Origin: the human T2T-CHM13v2.0 reference genome, Homo sapiens
Assembly: GCF_009914755.1 (NCBI RefSeq)
Contig: NC_060927.1
Length of the DNA: 64,000 nucleotides
Strand: one strand, 5' to 3'
Positions 13,281-24,000 of this stretch are shown here, piece by piece. The notes under the pieces were generated by a model. It was not told the DNA's origin and did no database searches. It saw only the letters and a program-made list of their open reading frames with translations. Numbering within the stretch: position 1 is the first letter of the stretch; every line of letters begins with the position of its first letter. A program made the translations under genes and the position numbers.

Positions 13281-16159
13281 CAAAGTAAATTTTAATGGTA
13301 TCTCGCAAACATATGTGTGAAGATAGTAGTATTTAATGTATACTAGCCATGTTAGCTTGGGGAATTAGTATTTATGCATGCCCTTACTAAGCTTTCTTAG
13401 CAGGTGTCTTCATGCTTAGAAAAGTCAACTTGCAACCCGTGTGTAAGACAAAACATTTGTCACGAGTTCAGTACTTGTCAAGTGGGATGTACATTCTCAG
13501 AGGTCAATAGTGGCTTATAGGAGATTTAGATGTGTCTGTTGGCATTAATCAGCTACACACATCACTCTCATCCAACTCACAGCTTGAACTTCCTTACCTA
13601 CCAATATCTGTGTTGGCTGCCTGAAAAGCAAACTGTTGAGCAACAGATTTAAGAATAGATGATTGACTTGGTTCCATTCAATCTTGTCCCAGATGTGATC
13701 TCTATTAAATATTTTGGTGATTAGGCCTTATTCCTATTTTGCTTTTTTTTTTTCTGCTTTTGTGATTCCATTGTCCATTAGTGTTGTGGTTCTCATTTCC
13801 TTTCTCTCTAAATTCTGCATATTTATTTGTTAATGTACTGTATTTAGTGTACTGTTTAGGCGGGATTACAAATAACTTGTGAAATAACAGGAAAATTGAT
13901 GAAAAAAGAAAGAGCAAAAGACAATGCTTCCTCAGGAAAATGTCACATTGGATGATTATTTTATTTGTTCCTGATTTTTTCCTTTTCTGCAGATACATGA
14001 TTATATAATTGTTTCAGTTATATGAAACAAAAATTAGATGTGGAGGAAAACTCTAAATAGGGAACTCTAATGTTCTTTTAAAATGAAGAATTTAACGAAA
14101 ACACTCAAAACTCCCCTGCTGGGCTCAAGCAGGTTGAAATTAATTCAAGACGGCAGATAAAATTTTTAACCAGGCCGAGTGGAGATGACGGATGTGACAG
14201 CTCTCAGTTAAAATGTCTTTTAGTGGCGAATGCATGCATATTAGTCAAGGGATGTGACATAGCTGTCCCGGGTGAGAGAAAATGAACCAATGACCATTTG
14301 CATTGAGAACAAAAGAAAAATTCTTTATAGCAAAACGTAAAGAAAGACAAGTAACTTGAGGTTTCATATTTATTTGTTCGTGTTTGACAATATTTTTGGT
14401 AATCTTTTTACTGCAAGAAAACCTCTGAAAGTTAGCACAAACATATGTTTTTAAGCAGTGATTCTTTTCTTTCTCCTCCATATATCAGAAAATAAATGTT
14501 GAGTAAAATGTCTGTGCCCAGGAAAGTCAGGTAAACTATTTTTTTTTCCCTTGCAAAGAACAACAGAAAAGTATCTGTAGATGGTCATACTTCAAAAGTT
14601 GTAGAAAAAAAGCCTTACCAACTGAAAACTCAGTTTCAAATTTGCCTACATGAATAAAATATTGGAATGAGAAGCCTTTTTTTTTTTATTATAAGAACAC
14701 TGGCTCCCTACTTTTCTTCTTTCTAATAATAAGACAATTTGGTTGTGTATTATAAAGCAAAGCAAATAAAACAAAAATGGATGTGATTCTATGACAGAAT
14801 GTTATAGGGAAGGAAAATTATTTGGAAACTACAATTGGCAGGATTTGACCATGTGAAAGTCAAGTTTAATTAACTTTAGGAACAGATGCTTTCAAGACAT
14901 AGCAGTTACCAGTTAGAGCTACAAGTATAATTGAGTTTTATAGTATAGGGTTTATTTTTCCAATTAAAATCAAATTGCATTATCATAATTTTGTTATTAG
15001 AAGATGTAACACTCTGGCTTAAAAGGGGTACTCAAATGTAGACCTAGATCTTGTCCTCTTTTGATCAAAAGAAAAGAATGGACAAAGATGTATTTTAGTC
15101 TCAACATTAAATACAATTTCCACTTTAGAAGGTAGTTGTTACTTCCTTTAATAATGTATCCTCCCCAAAATGGTATATGAGAACATAAAAATTTATTACA
15201 ACATTAGAGCCAAAAATAGAATACAAATATTTGTATACAAATATTCAGTGATGCTAACTGGATTCAGAAAATGCTACCGAATTAAAATTATAATTTATCT
15301 GGGTCTTCAGTGATAAATAGGAATCCCTTACTTAAGGGAGATGAAGTTTATTTAAGGCGAGGTAAATGGAGAAGTAAGTTTTTCTCCTGTATTTTTGGCC
15401 TTTTCTTGTCTCTCTTTTCTGGAATTATCAAGCTTTCTCTCATTCAGATGAATGCTTTGTGAATCTTCTCTTTTTGAATCTGCAGTGTAATTCTATGTGG
15501 ACAGACAGCTTTCTGTTAACATACACTATTTTGACAGACTACAACTTGATTTGCTGTTCAGGCTTTGACTATATTCACATTATGGCTTAAGTATTTTCTT
15601 TCATAGTCATTTACCAAGTGCCCAACACATTTTTAAATCAGAGAAAAATACATTTTATTTACTTTCCATGCCGAGCTCAGCAAGAAATGGTATTTTCTCC
15701 TATGTCTTGCATTAAAAATTGCATTTGCAAATGGCATATTTAGATGATGTTGAAGAAATTAAGCAATATCAGTTGTACCTTTTCATAGTGTAAACATGTA
15801 AAATTTCTTTAAATAGGAAAATACTATTGGTTTTCTTGGAATCGCTCCCATTTAAATTCTATCCTTTAGATTTTTTTCAGTCCAATGCCTTTGCAAATTT
15901 CTAGTACACACTTTCTACTACTGTAACTTTAGTACATCCTCAGTTTTACTACATTACTTGAAAACATGCATTTTTAACAATCTCCTGCTCTTTTGCTTTT
16001 GATTTTCTGGGCATATTCCTGTTACTCAATGTATTCATTCAGCAGAGTACATTTATGCTACAACTATGGACTACCTGTTCACAGCTGTAGATTATTCAGA
16101 ATCTTCTTGATACTGATAATATCTTCTTATTTACAGTTTGCTGGTATACTGAGAAAATG

Positions 16160-16465
16160 CAGTAGAATAACGGAAGTACAATGTAAGCCATATAAATCAT
16201 TTAAAATTTACTAGGTTCCATAGTAAAGAGGAAAACAAAACAGCTAAAATTAATTTAATACTATATTTAGCCTAATATCCCAAATTTTATATCAATAGGC
16301 AATCAGTAAAACATATTAATGAAATATGTTCATTCTTTTTTATTATACTGAATCTTTGAAACCCAGTGCATACTTAATACTTGCAGCACATTTAATTCTA
16401 ACTAGCCAGATTTTGGTGATCAACAGCCACCGCTGACTGTGGCCACCATACTGGATAGTGCCACT
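16160..16465 (+). mobile_element. MER33 (hAT-Charlie non-autonomous DNA transposon)
   Basis: aatgtaagccat...aaattaatttaata...ttaatgaaatat...gcagcacatttaattctaactagcca...gtggccaccatactggatagtgc is colinear with the MER33 consensus as recalled. Confidence 0.8.
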
Positions 16466-16699
16466 CTAAGACCTTGATACTCAAAGTGCCCCATGAACAG
16501 AGAGCATCCACATCACCTGTGAGTATGTTCGTTGTATCAAATCTCAGGCCTTATGCCAGGCCTACTGGATCCAAATCTTCCTTTCAACAAGATCCCGAAG
16601 TTACTGGATGCACATTAAAGAAAGAAAATCACTGCATTTCTGGTTTCCCAAATGTATAGAACATTGGTGTTAATATTACTGCCTATGACATAGATTCTT

Positions 16700-17298
16700 T
16701 TCCAAACAGCTTTATTGAGATAAAATTCATATTCCTTATAACTCACCCTTTTAACATGCAAAGCTCAATTTTTTTAGTGTATTCACAATTGTGCAACTAT
16801 TTCAGTTATCTAACTTGATAATATTTTTCTTACCCCAGAAGAAACACTTCTACCCATGAGCAATCACTCAGCACTTCCTTCTTTGCCCAGTGACTGACAA
16901 CCACTGATCTACTCTATCTATGGAATTGCCAATTCTGGACATTTTATATAAATGGAATTATTTAAGGTGTGGTCTTTCAGTCTGTCTCGTTTCACTTAGT
17001 ATAAGTACATTGATCTGTAGTCTTTATTTCTTTTGATGCCTTTGTCTAGTTTTATTAAAGGAGTTTAAAAATGCTTCTTCTTCCAGTTTTTGGAAGAGTT
17101 TGTGAAGAATTTGTGTTAAATCTCCTTTAAACGTTTGGTAGACTTTTCCAGTGGTGCTGCCTGGGCCAGAGATTTTCTTGCAGGACGTTGTTTTGGTTAT
17201 GAATTCAATATCGTTACTGGTTATATGTCTATTCAGATTTTTTTATTTTTTCTTGTTTCATATTTGATGGATTGTATCTTTCTTAGAATATGTTCCAT
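16700..17298 (-). mobile_element. L1M (L1MB-like) 3' end joined to an internal ORF2 fragment
   Basis: 16700-17005: acagctttattgagataaaattc...tctggacattttatataaatggaat...tttcacttagtataa (3' end). 17005-17298: tttttggaagagtttgtgaagaat...ctttaaacgtttggtaga...ctgggcc (ORF2 near the Z/RT region). Confidence 0.8.
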
Positions 17299-17789
17299 GA
17301 ATGAAATATGGTCATTAAGTGAATTGAAAAAGGCAAACACTTTTCCTTTACCATTTTCCCATGTATTTTGCAGTCAAGATCATTCTTTGTAATTACCATT
17401 GTGACAGTACTACAACCAAAATGAGCCTTTAGAAGTGTGTAATTTCTGAAATTAAATTTATCTTTATGAATTTTCGACCAATGCTGAATAGAGAAAGATA
17501 TTTTATTTTGCCACAGTTGACTTCCTAGTTCCTGATCACATGCAATAATGAGAGGAAGCCAGACTGGAAAAAGATGTCTCCTTACTAAAATAATGGAAGA
17601 AGTAGCCCCCATTCCTTCCTTCGAAATAACAACAACAATTCTACCAACACGCAAAAGGTCAGAGCCACATTTTCATGGTATAAATGACATCTAGGTTAAA
17701 TCCTTATATTCTGTCTTGGATGAAACTTGATATGATTCAATCCAACCCTCCATCTAATAATGATTCTTTGACATTTCTATTTTATAATC

Positions 17790-18025
17790 GGGTTATAGCC
17801 CTTTAATTTTCTTGAATGTTTACTATAACAAGACAATCACCTCTCATAAACCAATCTACTCTATTATTAGATAAGTCTAAAATTTAGGAGAATCTTTCTT
17901 ATTTTAAGTAGAAAACTGTCTCCTTTCTATACACATTTAGTTCTGGCTCTGCCAATATGAGCAGGATGGAACAAGCTTACTTCATCTGCTACTTCACAGC
18001 CCTTCAGATATCAGAAAAAGCAGTT
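17790..18025 (-). mobile_element. L3/CR1 fragment
   Basis: tagttctggctctg...gaacaagc...acagcccttcagatat matches the reverse L3 3' region. Confidence 0.6.
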
Positions 18026-18310
18026 TCTTCTTAATAGACTGCTAACAGAATTATAATGGGATCAAACTGAAAAAAAAACTTGTGAGAACATAATCTACAC
18101 TAATAATAATCCCCTAATGCACTTCCACTTGAAAAAATACACATAGTTTAATGTATCTTCTATCAATTTCTAAACATGGGTTTTTCTTTCTTAGTACGAA
18201 ACTGTTAAAAAGCAATCAATAATAAATAGGTACAGAGGAAAAAAACAGGCAGTGAGGTATGTTTAGCTAAATATGTCCTCAAAGTGTTGATTTTAAAATG
18301 GCTTGTTTTT

Positions 18311-19026
18311 AGACGCTGGTGAGGCTGTGAAGAAAAGGGAACATTTATACATCCTTGGTGGGGATGTAAATTAGTTCACCACTATGGAAAGTAGTTTGGT
18401 GGTTTTGGAGGTTTTTCAAATAGCTTAAAACAGAATGACCATTCAAACCAACAATCCCATTTCTGGGTATATATCCAAAAGAAAACAAATCGTCCAACCA
18501 AAAGGCGCATGCACTGGCAAGTTCATCACAACAGTATTCACAATAGCAAAGACATGGAATCAACCAAGGTGACCATCGGCGGTGGACTGTATAAAGAAAA
18601 TGTGGTGCATGTATGCCATGAAATCCTATGAGCCATAAATAAAGAAAATCATATCTTCTGCAGCAACATGGATGCAGCTAGAGGCTTATCTTAAGTGGAT
18701 CATGGCAGGAACAGAAAACCAAATACTCCATGTTCTGGTTTATAAGTGAGAGCTAAACACTGGGTACTCAGGTACATAAAGATGGCGACAACTGAAACTG
18801 GGGACTTATAGATGGGGGAGAGAAAGAGTCAGGGAAGGGTTGAAAAGCTACCTATTGGGTACTAGACTCAGTACCTGAGTGATGGGATTATTTGTACTCC
18901 AAACCTAAGCATTACACAGTGTACTCAGTTAACAAACCTGCACGTATACTCCCTGAAACTAAAAGTTCAAAAATAAATATTCATTTTTAAATTTGGGAAA
19001 ATAAATAAATAAATAAATAAATAAAT
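18311..19026 (+). mobile_element. 5'-truncated L1 (L1PA16/17-like) with (AAAT)n tail
   Basis: ORF2 C-terminal region plus 3' UTR (cataaagatggcgacaac...gggttgaaaagctacctattgggtac...aacaaacctgcac). TSD aaaatggcttgttttt (18295-18310) / aaaatggattgttttt (19027-19042). Confidence 0.92.
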
Positions 19027-19104
19027 AAAATGGATTGTTTTTGAGGCAATGAAATTACTGGACGTATGGTCAGTGCTCAGTAAACTTTAGATGACTGTGG
19101 TATA

Positions 19105-19596
19105 TAGGAAGGCAGGATAATGGTCCTCAATGATGTCTGAGTCCTAATCCCTGAATATATCTGTGCATATATCAGATTCATAGCAAGGGGGAATTAAATT
19201 AGCAGATGGAATTAAAGTTGCTCATCATCTGACTTTAACATAGGGAGATTATCTTGAATCATCCAAGTGGGCTCAGTGAAATCAGAGAGTCCCTAAAATT
19301 GAAAGAGTGGAGGGGGATAAGGGATCAGAGTCATCTGATATGAGAAGGACTTCACTTGCTCTAGCTGGTTTCAAAGATAGAAGAAAGTGCCTGCCAACCA
19401 GGAAATAAAAGTAACCTTTAGAACCTGGAAAAGGCGAGGGAACAGATAGTCCCACAGAACCTCCAGAAACCCCGTAAACAACATGATCTTAGCCCAGTAA
19501 GACTCATGCAGACTTCTACAGGTTTCTATGATAAATGTGTTGTTTAAGCTGGTAAATTGTAGCAATTTGTTACAACAGCAACAGAAAACGAATACA
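19105..19596 (+). mobile_element. MLT1D-like solo LTR (ERVL-MaLR)
   Basis: aggcaggataatgg...gtcctaatccc...gcagatggaattaaagttgct...tagggagattatc... ending aatttgttacaacagcaacagaaaacgaataca. Confidence 0.85.
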
Positions 19597-19669
19597 CATG
19601 ATAGTTATTTAACAGAAAACTAACACAGCTACTCTGTTCTGGATTCAGGTCTAATTACTAAAACAGTTC

Positions 19670-20110
19670 TTTTGAAAGTCACCAGTTATCTCCATGTTAT
19701 TAAACTCTGCACATTTTCAGTCTTCGTTTGACCCCTCAAAAGCACTTCATGTCGTTAACTATTCCCCCTTTCCTCTTTAAAGTACTTGTTATCTTTGCCT
19801 TCCATGGTCTTTCACTTCCTTGCTTTCTTTTTACCTTCTTGACCTCTTTCGTGGTCCCTTTTACAGCTCAGTCCACCTCAGTTAAACATTTTAGAGCCTT
19901 CTCCTCTTCTTGCTCAGGAGCTCTCATCTGTGGTCATTGCTTTTATTGCCACTCTTTCTAGAGAGCATGCAAATTTTCATCTTCCTCTGGGCCTCTCTTC
20001 TGAGTTGTACCCACATAACCCATTGCCTACCTGAATTGTTTTTTCTTTGTCTTAAAATTTCTTCATCTCAACATCATCCAAACCGAACTTATAACTTTCC
20101 TGTCCACTGG
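19670..20110 (+). mobile_element. L2 ORF2 fragment
   Basis: aagtcaccagttatctccatgtt...tttcagtc...tgacccctcaaaagcactt resembles the L2 RT region. Confidence 0.65.
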
Positions 20111-20672
20111 GCACCATTCTCCTTCTCCTTTCAAATCCAAGGCACCTTCAGTATTGCTATAAATTTTGTGTCTTTCTGTACTGGTTGAGAAGGGTTGAGA
20201 TTGGGTAGAAAATGCATGGCAAATGTTGTCAGGTTTGATTTTACTTTAGATCGTGTTAAACAATGTAAGATTGTTTATTTATGCATATGAATCATTTTGT
20301 ATTTTTCATAATTAAATTGATGTCAATCCCAATTTTATTGAATCCCAAGTATCAGCTGGCTCAGCAGTCACTAAGAACTGTTGTGAATGTGCTATTGTAC
20401 CTATGACACTGGAAAACCATTATGAGTTAAACCAATTGTCATACATATTAGTTATTTGAAATTCAGTGGGAGGAACATTTTCCTGTGTATTGCAAGTTGC
20501 TGTGAGAAATGATCAGTTTTCTTTCAAGGATTTCAGTTGTGTATGTGAAATAAATTCTTAACATTTTTAAGCTCCTGTAATATTGCAGGCATTTTACTTT
20601 AGTAAAATAGTAAATAAAATATAGTTCATTTAATTTTAACAAATTTCTGCTGGTGATTAGTACTTTTTAATA

Positions 20673-20769
20673 TATTTACTAGAATATTAATTAGAATATA
20701 TAAAAATATTTATTAGAATATATAAAAATATTCATTAGAATATTCATTAGAATGTATAAAAAATAGAAT
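20673..20769. repeat. AT-rich minisatellite built from attagaat-containing 11/22-bp units
   Basis: ttagaatatataaaaatatt occurs twice, with shorter attagaatattc units around it. Confidence 0.8.
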
Positions 20770-20848
20770 TAAGCTAGTTAATTATTAAAAAGGCAAGAAT
20801 TTGAATAGAGTTCTTCTGTTTCTAATGCTTATATTATTTTTATCTATA

Positions 20849-21075
20849 TCGGTTGTTCCCAAAGTTTGGTCCCCACAACAGCAACATCAATATCACTCGG
20901 GAACTTGGTAGAAATACAAATTCTTGGACAACCACCCCAAATGTACTTAATCAGAAACTCTGGGATGGAGCCCAGTAATTGGTATTGACCAAACAGGTGA
21001 TGTCAATGATGAGTCTGCACATTAAATAGGCCCTACAGATGAGTTTGATACACACTAAATGTAGAAAACCATATT
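20849..21075 (+). mobile_element. MER5A (hAT-Charlie), apparently with an internal duplication of its 3' part
   Basis: gttcccaaagtttggtcccc...cagcaacatc...gggaacttggtagaaatacaaattctt...aatcagaaactctggg. The caggtgat/cagatgag block occurs twice. Confidence 0.8.
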
Positions 21076-24000
21076 GTTATACCACTGATTATATGTCTAT
21101 AGAGGTGATGCGCCCCTATCTTTCTTATTATTCTCCTTTGACTCACTGATTTTTGCTGCTAAAGCAGAACCAGGAAATAATTCAATGTTTTATTCCAACT
21201 TACTAAGAGATCCCATACTTAACAATGAGTATTCCTAAGTATATTAAGGTTAGCATATAATTGAAAGGTTAAAATATTCAATTGAATTCAATTGAATGTT
21301 TTCACTGTAAACTATATTCAGCTTCATTGTCTTCTGCTGAAAGTCTTATTTTACTTCATTATGGCAGCTTAATGATTCTCCAATTCCCATGTTGAATTTC
21401 CAAGGAAAGAAACTTATAAAAAGTTTATGCTCGGGGAATTCTTTTGCTTTCTGTGTGGGAGTGGAGCAGTTCTTTACACATCTTCCTTACCTCCATTGAA
21501 AAAGACAAGGTAACTGAAGGCTGTTGGAGTCCATGGGGTGAGGACTTGTTAGCAATTAGTAATATGTGAAGAAACTGTCTGTTCCCTATTTTTTGGTATG
21601 CTGACCATAAATTGATTTGAGTATTCTTGCTTTACTTTATTGTAGGTTGAAGGGAGCTATTGCTTATGAGGAAATTCATTGTGTTCTAAAGCCAATTCTA
21701 AATCAGAGTTTGAGACACTGTTTCTATATTAGAGATTATCTATATTTTATTCTGGAGGGCAAAAATTGCCACTTAGATATTACATGTCAGTGCATATATA
21801 TTTCTAAATTTCTCAGGGGAGTTGTGGGAGATAAACAATAATAGTACACAGTGAAAGTCCTTGAATACGGCCCTGATTGTCCCTGCTTTTAGCCTAGATG
21901 TTCATATTTCAGTTGTTTGATTTAATGAATAGAAAGGGAAACATAATAATTACAACTCAAAATTCTCATATGAAATGAATCTAATCTCATTCAAGTTGTC
22001 TAGTCCCTAAACACAGTCAGTAAAAGGATACTTTAGAGCTGTTCTCTTGCAGGCTGAGCCGAGGAGTGAAAATGGTTAACTGAAAACTTTGAAGGATATT
22101 TAAGTTGACCATGTGCAGTGCATGTATTGGACACCAGCCAGGACCCAGTAAACCCCCTGTGCCAACATTGGGTAGAACTCATTGATAACCAAAAGCAGTT
22201 AGTAGAACCTGTCTCAGTGAGTACGTTGGTCAATACAGGCTTCATGGGAATGGCCCCTGTTATTAATGTTTGAAGACTATGACTTGCCCTTACATGGCTG
22301 TGATTTAGAGAACTACCCACTGAAGTCACTGATGTAGTTCAGTGTGTGAAAAACAGACGGCAAACCATATGAGGTAAGTTAATACATGTAACTGGGGATA
22401 CTGCAGGAAGGAGACAGTTGAATTCTTTGGAGAAAAAGTGGTTTACAAATTGAATACATTAAAAATGAATATTATTACTGGTTTACTCATCACATAAAGA
22501 ATACGGCCAGGGGATAAATACCTCTCTAGCTCTTGCAACTCAAGAGATGTTTTTCATATCTTAGATAATAAATACTTGCAGTAGGTTTAGCTCATAACTA
22601 AAAGTATGTGCTAAGAGACTCCCCTAGAAGAGTTTGTCTTCCGACATGCTGAATTGCCCTGGGGTTGGTGGCAGCTTAATAAAATATGTGAGTGTTCAGT
22701 GCGGAGCTGTTAAGTTATTTATTCCACTTCTGATACTGCATGCATGAACTGCCACTGTTTGATGAATCACTGAAGAGAATGGGAACTGACAAACAACTCT
22801 TCCTTTAGCGGCTTGTCACACTGACAGCATCAATAGAAAAACACATCATGGGTTCTAAAATGCCACATTTTCACCGTTTACCCTGAATAAGACATGAAGC
22901 TCTTTAAGGAAAGCAGTAGTACGTTATCATTAAGGGCCAGCTGACAGAGAGGCAAGTGTGCTTTGAACTCTCTCAAGTCATCATTCTTAATTTCTTCTCT
23001 TCTTAGATGGAAGGCCCACCCACATGGGTTCTGAGCAAGGCAGGGACTGTTGCACCTTTTAAAATCTCATTGATAGATTGGTTTCATCAACACCCATCCT
23101 GACTCCTGCCCATCGGGAGAAGCTCCTATTCTCATTAGGGTCCTGTAATGTCTGCAGCTAACATTGTTCTCATGCAAATAGAATGACACAGAAGATCAGT
23201 GCCATGAAAATTCAATTTCCCCCAACCATCATTACCCTTTTTCTTTTAGTTATTCCCACTCCAATCTGCAGGAGGTAATGTGTGCAATCTGCTGGTACTG
23301 TGCAAGATGATTACTACATTTTAGTGATGAATTTCCCAGCTATTGCACTAGGGGGTGTTTTAGCAGGTTCCCTGATACACCTAATGTAGATGTGGCAGTA
23401 GTCCTTGCAGTCCTTACCCAGCTCTTCCATAGTGGATTTCCACAAGGAGTGGATGCCTGGTCAGTAGAACTTGTATTCAATACTGTTCATTCTTTAGTCA
23501 TCAGTGGCACTTGTGAAAGTAGTGATTTGTTTAATGTTGTCTGAAAAATAAAAATAAAATATATCTCTACCTGTCCAAATTGAAGGATTAAAAGCTCTGT
23601 CAAAAGAAATGTAGTAATTTTTGTCTTTAGTCTATGATCAAACTTGGGTAATTTAATAAGGATGTAAAATTCAGGGTAGCTCATATAAACATATTGAAAT
23701 TATAAAAGTGTGTAAGTTAAATAAAAATCCTGTTTTAGAAAGAACTATGGAGAAGTCCTACTTGTGTGCAGCTGAAAAGTAAGGTAATTACCAAAGTATA
23801 TTTCAAATTCCTATACTTAATATTATCCTTTATCTTTGAAGTTTCTTCAGCAATGGGATTAAATATGTAAACATTATATTGTCAGTGGTTTATTACGTTT
23901 TAGAAGTTCTTTGTTTCTTCTGAAATTATCCCCTTGCCTCTTCATTAGTCTGGAAGTTAGCTGTAAGAAAAAATAAAGGGAGAGAGAATGAAGAAAAAAT

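Noticed and set aside
23345-23358. CTCF-like gcactagggggtgt, and caccaagggggcag near 33749
   Set aside because: Each mismatches a highly constrained position of the CTCF core and cannot be supported without ChIP data.
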